The translations under genes and the position numbers were made by a program. 64,000 nucleotides of DNA from Myxococcota bacterium (GTDB lineage: Bacteria; Myxococcota_A; SURF-8): the NCBI GenBank assembly GCA_963674735.2, contig CAXXQS010000001.1, forward strand, positions 32,001 to 96,000, given 5' to 3'. Shown here in pieces: positions 11,047 to 19,159 of the stretch. How positions within the stretch are numbered: the first letter of the stretch is position 1; every line of letters begins with the position of its first letter. The notes under the pieces were generated by a model that was not told the DNA's origin, did not search any database, and saw only the letters and a program-made list of their open reading frames with translations.

Positions 11047-11110
11047 TAGGTTGGTTCAGGTCTCCCGACCTGAACATGATGTTTTGTGCCTCGTTTCGTT
11101 CTAATATGAT
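11047..11110. repeat. Palindromic repeat GGTTGGTTCAGGTCTCCCGACCTGAAC (empty copy of the IS4 target)
   Basis: Hairpin gttcaggtc/gacctgaac; the homologous sequence is split by IS4 at 16307-16328 / 17631-17690. Confidence 0.8.
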
Positions 11111-11366
11111 GGCACACGTTGTCGATCTGAAGGCCTTCGTGCCGGAGTTGGTTTCCGAAAAGGCGGACGCATCGGGCGGCTGGACGCGCGGTTTCGTCAT
11201 CGCAGAACGCACGGGGCGGCCACCTTCGTCGGAGCAGGGCTCCTGTCCTGCTCTGATGGTTTGTCTTCAAACAAGGTTTTGCCATGTTTCCGGCGGAGAC
11301 GGTCCGGGTGAAAAGATCAAGACAAACTTGCGGAGCATGACAGAATAGTAGCGACTGTTATCGGTG

Positions 11367-12302
11367 TCAAGCGAAATTCGGGTTCCAGGCTTCGTTTTTC
11401 CGCATCATCGTGTTGAGAATGAGGACCAATTTTCGCATGCAGGCCACCACCGCCGTCATCTTCGGTTTGCCGCGTCCGACCAGCCGCTGGTAGTGTCCGC
11501 GAATCACCGGGTTGTGTTGAATCGCCACCAGCGTCGGCATGTAGAGCGCCGTGCGCAGGCGATGACGACCGCCGCCGGTCATGCGTTTACCCCGAAACGT
11601 TCCGCTGTCCCGATTCATGGGCGCCACGCCGATCAACGCCGCGATCTGCCGCCGGTTGTAGATCCCCAGCTCCGGCAGATCCGTCACCAGAAGATTCGCC
11701 GTGCACGCGCCGACGCCCGGCATCGTTTGGAGCCGCGCGGCCCGGTCGCTGCGCTCCCGATCCGATGCAATGGCCGCCGCGATGGCCCGATCCAGCCGCT
11801 CGATTTCCCGTTCGATCACCTCCAGAATGCGGTGCAGGCTTTGTCCGATCGTCCGATCGCCCACGTGTTCGGTGCGGTTTTTCTCCATCGTGCGCATGGC
11901 GACCAGCTGCCGCCTCCGTGAAGACAGGGCTTTTAACAGGAGGGCGGTTTCGCCGAGCGTTTCGTTCGGTGCGGGACGCATGGCGGCTGCGTAGCGTGCG
12001 ATGATGCCCGCATCGAGTCGATCCGTTTTCGCCATCACGCCGACGGCGCGGGCATAATCCCGGATGCGCCGGGGATTGACCACCGCCACCGGCCAACCCG
12101 CTTTCTGAAGACGTTTGCACAGCTCCCGTTCGTAGCCGCCGGTGGCTTCCATCACGACGCCCTCCACCTCGATCCGCTTCAACGAACGGACGAAGCGTGT
12201 CATGCCGGCTTTGGTGTAAGCGTAGCGGACGCACGTGCTTTCGCCGTCGACGGCGACATCGAAAACGGCTTTGCTGACGTCGATCCCGATCCATTTCTTC
12301 AT
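11367..12302 (-). CDS. IS110 family transposase/recombinase
   Basis: DEDD RuvC motifs GIDVSK, MEATG, KTDRLDA; PGVG; RDSG catalytic Ser; GKPK..A..ACMRKL. Confidence 0.95.
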   Translation of the reverse strand: MKKWIGIDVSKAVFDVAVDGESTCVRYAYTKAGMTRFVRSLKRIEVEGVVMEATGGYERELCKRLQKAGWPVAVVNPRRIRDYARAVGVMAKTDRLDAGIIARYAAAMRPAPNETLGETALLLKALSSRRRQLVAMRTMEKNRTEHVGDRTIGQSLHRILEVIEREIERLDRAIAAAIASDRERSDRAARLQTMPGVGACTANLLVTDLPELGIYNRRQIAALIGVAPMNRDSGTFRGKRMTGGGRHRLRTALYMPTLVAIQHNPVIRGHYQRLVGRGKPKMTAVVACMRKLVLILNTMMRKNEAWNPNFA

Positions 12303-12304
12303 GG

Positions 12305-12511
12305 CGCACCCTTCCTTGCCAATACGGGCTCATTTCGATTACAATGGCCCCTGCGACTGTTCGGGTTTTCCCGGACGAAACGGACGGCGGATCCGGCTAC
12401 AAAACGGGCTCATCAGGCCCCAGGATGGGACGATCTCGCCGCCCACCACGGCCTCCCGCTTGCTACGGGAGGTCGTTTCATCTTATCATCACAAACGATG
12501 ACAGTCGCTTG
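12305..12511 (-). ncRNA. Predicted IS110 bridge RNA in the left non-coding end
   Basis: On - strand in order: 5' hairpin, TCCCATCCT (target-left), GTAG (target-right), ACAGTCGC (donor-left), CAAG (donor-right); ends approximate. Confidence 0.75.
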
Positions 12512-12527
12512 AAAGGGATAATACAAG

Positions 12528-12600
12528 GATGGGCAACTTGTTGCCCATCGCGACATCAGACTAAACTCCTTGAAGATGGGCAACAAGTTGCCCATCCTAC
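12528..12600. repeat. REPIN: inverted pair of GATGGGCAAC..GTTGCCCATC REPs, left copy interrupted by IS110
   Basis: 12528-12549 and 12576-12600. Confidence 0.85.
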
Positions 12601-13258
12601 CACTGAAACTATTTGAATGTCTCAAACAGGGTTGCCCCCTGCTGGAGCGTGTCTTCCGATAGGCTCCTATTCCGCCCATACTTCGCTCCCTGCGCCGTTG
12701 CGGCGATTGACCGCAACCGCCGATTTTCGCCGTTTCGACAAAATCGCGTCGTCACCCCTAAATTTAGCCGCTTTGCCGGGGGGAGGTGGCGATGCGCTTA
12801 ATGCGTTCGTTGCGCCGTTTCGAGCCGGTCGTGGTTGCTTTTCGTGAAATCATTGGGTTTTTCGCCCGCGAGTTGGGGGGTAAAATAGTATTCCACGGAC
12901 CATACTAGGTTGGGCATAATACGTCACATCTGTTCGAACCTGAAACGACTCGGGAAGCGGCAAGAGGTCGGGACGATCGGCGGTAAGCCCCCCTCGGCTA
13001 ACGACAGAGTTCTTGTTATTCCAGTTATATAGACAGCTACAGTCACAAGCGCCGGGAGGGGGCAGACCCGTAAACACGTGGACGAAAGCGCTTTGATAAT
13101 CGTCTTAATATCGTATACTAAATATAATACATTTAAAAGAATTCAGTGTAATACTCTTAGTTTGTTGATATCACTGGCTTTTTCCCGATTTAGCGTTTCA
13201 GCGTCGAAATAGGGGCGGAAAACAGTACGCAAACCGGCTGTTAAGCTAGTGATAACGA

Positions 13259-14794
13259 TTACTTAACGCCTCGATCCAGCGTGCGGTACTGGATCGCCTC
13301 GGAGAGGTGCACGGCCTGGATGTCGGGGGCCTGTTCCAGGTCGGCGATGGTGCGCGCCACTTTCAAAATGCGGTCGTAGGCGCGTGCGCTCATGCCCAGG
13401 CGATCCACCACCATTTCGAGCAAACGCTCGCCTTCGGCATCCACCTTGCAGAATTCCCGCAGGTGGCGCGGGGTCATTTGTGCATTGCAACGGATTCCGT
13501 TCATACCTTTGGTGTAGCGTTTGTGCTGGAGCGCGCGGGTGCTCTGGACGCGGTCGCGGACGTTTTTGGAGCTTTCGCCGCAACGCGAATCCGCCAGCTC
13601 TTTGTAACGCACCGCCGGAACTTCCACATGCAAATCGATGCGATCGAGCAGTGGGCCCGACAAGCGGGCGCGGTAACGTTGAATCTCGCCGATCGAGCAG
13701 GTGCATTCGTGCTTGGGGTCACCTAAGTAGCCACATGGGCATGGATTCATCGCCGTGACCAGCATGATGCGTGCCGGGTAGGTGATGGAAACCATCGAGC
13801 GCGTGATGGTCACCTGATTGTCTTCCAGCGGTTGGCGCAGCACTTCGAGCACGTTTTTCTTGAACTCCGGGAGTTCGTCGAGAAACAAGACGCCGTTGTG
13901 CGCCAGACTGATTTCGCCGGGTCGCGGGATGGAGCCGCCGCCGATGAGTCCCACATCCGAGATCGTGTGGTGCGGAGAGCGGAAAGGCCGCTCGCGAATA
14001 AGCGATTCCTTCTCGTGAATCATGCCCACCACACTGTAAACCTTGGTGGTTTGCAGGGATTCCTCGAATTCGAGATAGGGCAGGATGGTAGCCAGACGAC
14101 GCGCCAGCATGGTCTTGCCCGATCCGGGCGGCCCGACCATCAGCACGTTGTGTCCGCCCGCCGCCGCCACTTCGAGGGCGCGTTTGACATGCTCCTGGCC
14201 TTTGACATCCGCCATATCCACCCGGGCCGAGTCCGTCGTTTCCATTTCGTTGATGGCGAGCGCCTCCGCCGAGGCGATGCCTTCCGCGCCGTTCATGAAG
14301 CGGATGACCTGCTGCAGGTCGTGCACACCGATGACGTCGATATCCTGAACGACGGCCGCCTCCGGTGCGTTGGCCTGCGGTAGAAGAATACCTTTTAGCC
14401 CATGCTCGCGACACGCCGCCGCCAGGGGCAGGACGCCGCGCACCCGTTTGATGGTGCCGTCGAGCGCCAGTTCGCCCACCACCATGTAATCTTTCAGCAA
14501 GTCGGGGCTGATCACCTGGGCGCAAGCCAGCATGCCGAGCGAAATCGGCAGATCGAAGGCCGCGCCCTCCTTGCGGATATCCGCCGGAGCCAGGTTGACC
14601 GTCAGCCGCCGCGCGGGCACCATGAATCCGCTGTTCTTGATCGCCGCGCGCACCCGCTCTTTCGATTCGCGCACCGCGCCGTCGGGCAACCCCACGATGT
14701 TGAACTGCGGTAGCCCCATCGCCATATCGACTTCCACATCCACTCGGTAGGCGTCGATTCCCAAAACCGCCCCCGAAACCACGGTCGCCAGCAT
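13259..14794 (-). CDS. comM: YifB/ComM Mg-chelatase-like AAA+ ATPase
   Basis: [54 protein letters not shown]. Confidence 0.95.
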   Translation of the reverse strand: MLATVVSGAVLGIDAYRVDVEVDMAMGLPQFNIVGLPDGAVRESKERVRAAIKNSGFMVPARRLTVNLAPADIRKEGAAFDLPISLGMLACAQVISPDLLKDYMVVGELALDGTIKRVRGVLPLAAACREHGLKGILLPQANAPEAAVVQDIDVIGVHDLQQVIRFMNGAEGIASAEALAINEMETTDSARVDMADVKGQEHVKRALEVAAAGGHNVLMVGPPGSGKTMLARRLATILPYLEFEESLQTTKVYSVVGMIHEKESLIRERPFRSPHHTISDVGLIGGGSIPRPGEISLAHNGVLFLDELPEFKKNVLEVLRQPLEDNQVTITRSMVSITYPARIMLVTAMNPCPCGYLGDPKHECTCSIGEIQRYRARLSGPLLDRIDLHVEVPAVRYKELADSRCGESSKNVRDRVQSTRALQHKRYTKGMNGIRCNAQMTPRHLREFCKVDAEGERLLEMVVDRLGMSARAYDRILKVARTIADLEQAPDIQAVHLSEAIQYRTLDRGVK

Positions 14795-14829
14795 GAATGC
14801 CTCCTTCCACCTGTGCGTAAGGGAATCTA

Positions 14830-14845
14830 AGCAAGCCGTGTGCCA
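14830..14845 (-). promoter_or_regulatory. Sigma54 (-24/-12) promoter for comM
   Basis: TGGCACACGGCTTGCT on - strand (GG-N10-GC), 35 bp upstream of the ATG. Confidence 0.7.
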
Positions 14846-14976
14846 ATGAGGAAAGTGTGTGCTATCAGTCGGTTACGGGGGTACGCTTGGTGCTCTGCGG
14901 TTGGAAAATGGACGGGCGGCTGGATTCCGGACGGGAGACTGCAAACCACCAGACTCGATTTGCTGGAGGGTCGGGG

Positions 14977-15045
14977 GCCGTGACAAGCCCGGATCGATGA
15001 ATAAAAGGAGTGGCATGGGCTAAGTGCAGCCTTGTGGGTCGAGTC
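14977..15045. repeat. GGCCGTGACAA-initiated dispersed repeat (short copy)
   Basis: Aligns with 16076-16146 and with the starts of 17703, 52425 and 52710. Confidence 0.75.
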
Positions 15046-15110
15046 CCACGTTGGCTGTGATCGGGAGACCTCAACCAAGCTGGGGATAATATACTGCAGA
15101 ACTCATCAAA

Positions 15111-15617
15111 TCACCATAAGATAGGACGTATCGACATAAAGATAGATACTGCGCCTAATCCCAAAATCAATACCAATAGTACTCGCTCAACTGGTCTGTA
15201 CCAAGTGGGTTTTTCCGGATAGGGACTGGAAAAATTGAACTCACTCCGCAGACCAGTGGAATAGTAGAAAATGCCAAGAACCATAATAAGAGCAATTGTT
15301 CTCATTGCAATGGTCACATATCCACTGGCATCCAGGGAATACACTTTTCCCATGTATTCCCAGCCTTGAAGGCTACCCCATATCCCCAAGAGTCCATTGG
15401 CTGCTATCATTACCAGAAACAGGTTGAAATATTTTCGGTGAATAGCTTCTGATCCGATAACGAAAAAAGTAAGTGCCCCAAGTATGCCAACATTGTCCAG
15501 ATCGGCCACAGCGTCTCCGAAAACCTTGTGGTAGAGAAGGGTCCAGATACCCAAGGCCAAGCTACAATATCCCCCCAAAGTTAAAGCCTTGTTCCATGAA
15601 ATAATTTTGCTGGTCAT
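15111..15617 (-). CDS. Hypothetical membrane protein in an AT-rich patch
   Basis: 168 aa, about 5 TM segments; GC visibly lower than flanks. Confidence 0.7.
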   Translation of the reverse strand: MTSKIISWNKALTLGGYCSLALGIWTLLYHKVFGDAVADLDNVGILGALTFFVIGSEAIHRKYFNLFLVMIAANGLLGIWGSLQGWEYMGKVYSLDASGYVTIAMRTIALIMVLGIFYYSTGLRSEFNFSSPYPEKPTWYRPVERVLLVLILGLGAVSIFMSIRPILW

Positions 15618-15963
15618 TTCTGCTCTTTTAAGTTATCCAGCCATTGGGACACGAACACAGTAAACTTTTCTAGTAATCCCCTGATTGAAGTATCGGTGGA
15701 ATATCCCATACTCTGCATTTCAGGTCAACTTTCAGCCCCGATTGAGCCCCATCACAGCCCCGAGCGTCTCCCCATAAACATCAAAAGGTTTCCCGGTTCC
15801 CCGAAAAGCCCAATGACATCAGTGGTACCGAAGAGGAATACTCGAACTCGCACATCCTTGCGGACACTAGAACCTGAAACTACTGATTAGCCTGCCATCT
15901 GCTTTTGATAATAATATTACATTGTTACAGCTTCACATACAAATTCGTATGATATCACCAATA

Positions 15964-16075
15964 TAGATACCCGCACGGGCAGGGATTCATCGCCGTAACC
16001 AGCATGATGCGTGCCGGGTAGGTGATGGAAACCATCGAGCGCGTGATGGTTACCTGATTGTCTTCCAGCGGTTGG
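15964..16075 (-). pseudogene. Duplicated internal fragment of comM (QPLED...[10 protein letters not shown])
   Basis: 15983-16075 matches 13743-13835 with 2 mismatches in 93 bp; PCPCGYL continues with synonymous changes. Confidence 0.9.
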
Positions 16076-16149
16076 GGACCGTGACAAGCACAGATCGATG
16101 AATCAAAAGGAGTGGCATGGACCCCGCGTAGCCTTGTGGGTCGAGTGGG

Positions 16150-16300
16150 TTGTTACCTTTCTTTCCTCAAAGAAAGGTAACCCAAAGAAAGCGCTCCCGG
16201 GGTTCGCTGCTGCCGCTGCGTGTCGACGCTCGGTCCGACGGGCGCTGCGGAACTCGCCCGGCTAACCGGGCTCAAACAGTCCTCGCGCTCTGTCCGTCTT
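16150..16300. repeat. Interspersed repeat of the TTACCTTTCTTT..AAAGAAAGGTAAC / AACTCGC..GCTCAAAC type
   Basis: Hairpin gttacctttcttt..aaagaaaggtaac; single copy in window, family assignment from resemblance only. Confidence 0.5.
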
Positions 16301-16328
16301 CCTTCGGGTTGGTTCAGGTCTCCCGACC

Positions 16329-17630
16329 ACAACTGTCCGGTTAACTGTTGAATAATTCCAGCTGGTTAGTGAAAGGGGCGTATTTCGCTGGGTCGCCGTT
16401 TGCGTTTAGCGCCTGTAAAATGGGGCTTTCCTCGAAAAGCGTGACGCTCAAAATCTGTAGAATCGTCATCAAACTGTGATCGAGATTCAGATCCTTTTTC
16501 AAAATCGCCACCAAAAGATAAACCGTGATCGAAATCCAGATTTGCGTTTTCACTGCATTGACGCTGGTCCCGTAAAACGCCTTGATGCGCAGATTCTGTT
16601 TGATCCATTTGAAAAAGACTTCGATACTCCAACGCAACCGGTAGAGTTCCGGGATTGTTTCCGATGACAGATCGAAGTTGTTGGTGAGCCAGACGAAACG
16701 CGTTTTCGACTCCGGATCGGTGTAATTGATGCGTCGCAGATGATCTGGATAGCGTTTTCTCGAATAATAATCGACAAGTGTGACGGTTTGATCCGATGTT
16801 AAGCCTAGACTTCTATCGATCTTGCGAGAATAAATGCGCTTGGTGCGGGTGTCTTTCCGCCCTCTGAGAATGAAGAACGCCCCTGCCTGATGGATTCGAT
16901 ATATGCGCCTGTAATCGAGGTATCCGCGATCCATAATGTAGAACGCTCCTGCTTCAAACGGCAGGATATCCAGCAGGCGTTTGTCGTGACTTTTGCCGTC
17001 CGTGATGGAAATGAACGTGGGAATCCGTCCGCGTAAATCCATTTGAGTATGCAACCGAAGCGATCCGTATTGGCGCGTAAACTTGGCCCAGGGAAAGAGC
17101 GACAAGCTCAAGTCAATCGCGGTGGTGTCGAGCGCGTAGGCCGTGGCGTCCAGTTCGACCGCCAGTTTTTCGTCGGCGTATAGCGCGCGGGCCCGTCGAA
17201 TAAGGGGCTGAGCGAGATCCGCATAGATACGCCAGTCGCGGTGTTCGTTGGCGTCGGCGAGTGTACTGCGTGATATCTTTCCCCGGATGCCCATGCGGTA
17301 GAGCTTCGGCCCCAACGCACGCAAGGTGGCTTCAATATCCCGCAGGCTTTCACGGTAAGATAACTGCGCGAAAGCCATACAGATGAATTGATCCATGCAT
17401 GAGAAGGTGTGTACACGCTTGTCTCCCTGATAGCGTTTGACACAACGCCGGAAATGACGATCCGGCAGATAATCAAGCGCCTGAGAAAAAACAGTCCGTG
17501 GCATGACGATCTCCTACATCCTGAAGAAAGGTGATGCGGAAAATCTATCGCGGACAGCCGCCAACGCACAATTATATATGTGATATTATGGGGTTACATG
17601 GATTCTGCGCAAAGTTAACCGGACAGCTGT
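16329..17630 (-). mobile_element. IS4-family insertion sequence, 1302 bp
   Basis: 18-bp terminal IRs (ACAACTGTCCGGTTAACT / AGTTAACCGGACAGCTGT, 1 mismatch); 12-bp direct repeat GGTCTCCCGACC at 16317-16328 and 17631-17642. Confidence 0.92.
16341..17504 (-). CDS. IS4 family DDE transposase (DUF4372 N-terminus)
   Basis: AQLSYRESLRDIE, ALDTT, MDRGY, Y..RW.IE.FFKWIKQ (YREK signature). Confidence 0.95.
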   Translation of the reverse strand: MPRTVFSQALDYLPDRHFRRCVKRYQGDKRVHTFSCMDQFICMAFAQLSYRESLRDIEATLRALGPKLYRMGIRGKISRSTLADANEHRDWRIYADLAQPLIRRARALYADEKLAVELDATAYALDTTAIDLSLSLFPWAKFTRQYGSLRLHTQMDLRGRIPTFISITDGKSHDKRLLDILPFEAGAFYIMDRGYLDYRRIYRIHQAGAFFILRGRKDTRTKRIYSRKIDRSLGLTSDQTVTLVDYYSRKRYPDHLRRINYTDPESKTRFVWLTNNFDLSSETIPELYRLRWSIEVFFKWIKQNLRIKAFYGTSVNAVKTQIWISITVYLLVAILKKDLNLDHSLMTILQILSVTLFEESPILQALNANGDPAKYAPFTNQLELFNS

Positions 17631-17702
17631 GGTCTCCCGACCTGAACCTGATGTTTCGTCCCCCGTTCCGCTCTGAGTATGATAGCGCTACGTCTATCGT
17701 GA

Positions 17703-17935
17703 GGCCGTGACAACCCATGATCATTGAAAGCTGGATGGGTGGCATGGGCTAAGCGCAGCTTGCCCATGTGCAGGATCTTCGAACACGGGCAAGCTCCATT
17801 CCATTCCGCTTGGCCCGTGGCACCCGTTACCCAGGCCACCCGCCGCAGCTTGCCCATGTGCAGGATCTTCGAACACGGGCAAGTTCCATTCCATTCCGCT
17901 TGGCCCGTGGCACCCGTTACCCAGGCCACCCGCCG
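17703..17935. repeat. GGCCGTGACAA/GGGTGGCATGGG REPIN-like element with a 90-bp internal tandem duplication
   Basis: 17754-17843 repeated from 17844; homologous to 52425-52563 and 52710-52848. Confidence 0.85.
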
Positions 17936-18070
17936 TAAAGATAAAGGGGGATTGATGAACAACCTGAAACATTGCCTGGTTTCTTCTGATGAGCCTTTTC
18001 AGCGCGAGCTACGCCAAAGGCAATGTCGTTGGCGTGAGAAAATAGCATTTCCGATAGGTTCGCATAATGG

Positions 18071-18253
18071 CACGGCGTTTCAATTCTAAGCTTTTCACCA
18101 TTTTCCACCCACTATAATTCGGCTTACGGGGTGCCATGGGCCAAGCCTTTGGCTTGCCCATGCTGTTTTCACGGGCAAACCTGACGGTTTAGCCCGTGCC
18201 ACCCATCACCAATTGAAGATAATTCGAGACTCAATCAGAATTGAAACGCCCTA
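18071..18253. mobile_element. 183-bp MITE, copy 1
   Basis: IRs GGCGTTTCAATTCT/AGAATTGAAACGCC; flanking 10-bp direct repeat CGCATAATGG; second copy at 56126-56308. Confidence 0.85.
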
Positions 18254-18286
18254 CGCATAATGGAAGACCTCTTGACTTTTACAGTT

Positions 18287-18323
18287 AAAAAAAAACACGA
18301 GCGAATTTGCGTTCGCCCGTGTA
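18287..18323 (-). terminator. Rho-independent terminator downstream of the RRM gene
   Basis: acacgagcgaa..ttcgcccgtgt stem followed by a T-run on the - strand. Confidence 0.6.
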
Positions 18324-18418
18324 TCTTTAAAATCCAGAGCCTTGAAAAAGCCAGTGCGCCGAAATCGGCGTCAGGCTGCTGTCAGGCTCACCGGAACCTC
18401 TTGAGGTTCCGGCTCCCG

Positions 18419-18706
18419 CTACCAGCGGCCACCGCCACCGCCACCACCATTGTCACGACGGGGCTTGTCCTGAGCGATGTTCACTTTTAGGTTGCGACCG
18501 TCCAGCTCGGTGCCATCTAACGACAAGGCTTTGTCTGCGGCTGATTCTTCGGTGAATGTGACGAAACCGAAACCACGGCTGCGACCGGTTTCACGATCCG
18601 TGATGACCTTTGCCTCTTCGATGGTTCCGAATGAGCTAAAAGCCTTTTCCAACCCGGCGTTATCCGTGCCCCAAGATAAGCCACCAACATAGAGTTTGTT
18701 CTGCAT
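18419..18706 (-). CDS. RRM RNA-binding protein with Gly-rich tail
   Basis: RNP2 KLYVGGL, RNP1 RGFGFVTF. Confidence 0.95.
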   Translation of the reverse strand: MQNKLYVGGLSWGTDNAGLEKAFSSFGTIEEAKVITDRETGRSRGFGFVTFTEESAADKALSLDGTELDGRNLKVNIAQDKPRRDNGGGGGGGRW

Positions 18707-19159
18707 CGTATTTGTCCTTTCAGTATAAACCCATGGTTTCGGGAACATTCCCGTAAAGGCGATGAGCACAAAAATCGGAGAATGTTATCTTGAAGTGGAA
18801 CATCGTAAAGACATTGAAGAGAACATGGCCGGTATTTATTTTCGTCACCAAAACCCAGAAATTATCCTACACGTAGGTGAAATGGAATGCAAGATAATAA
18901 AAAATAACGACAAATTTATGGATTTTGCTTCAAAACCTGCAGCGGGGGGCCGTGACTCGAAAATATCAACCATGACGGGGGGCTCTCTTATAGATAGAGA
19001 TGTCACCCATTATGATCGGTCGCCTGGCTTGAAGATGGAAATGATTGGAATATCAGGAGTCTTTCAGCCAACAACCCTGTAGATCGGGCAAACTTCTTGC
19101 CCGACAATTCTTCATTCCGTTTCGCCCGTGTCACCCGTTGTCCGGGCCACGCGCGGCGC

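Larger units (their letters stand above)
11350..12527 (-). mobile_element. IS110-family insertion sequence (bridge recombinase element)
   Basis: CT core at both ends (AG at 11350-51 and 12526-27 on +); 13/14-bp inverted repeat 11350-11363 / 12496-12509; removal restores REP GTAGGATGGGCAACTTGTTGCCCATC. Confidence 0.92.

Noticed and set aside
10860-11345. Cargo gene or right-end RNA belonging to IS110
   Set aside because: The element boundary is fixed at 11350 by the CT core and restored REP; this segment lies outside and looks like repeat/decayed sequence
13100-13140. Xer dif site or oriC in the AT-rich patch
   Set aside because: No match to the XerC/XerD consensus and no DnaA-box cluster seen
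17615-18108. ORFs of 63-121 aa across the repeat region (also 52288-53003)
   Set aside because: They are translations of palindromic non-coding repeats
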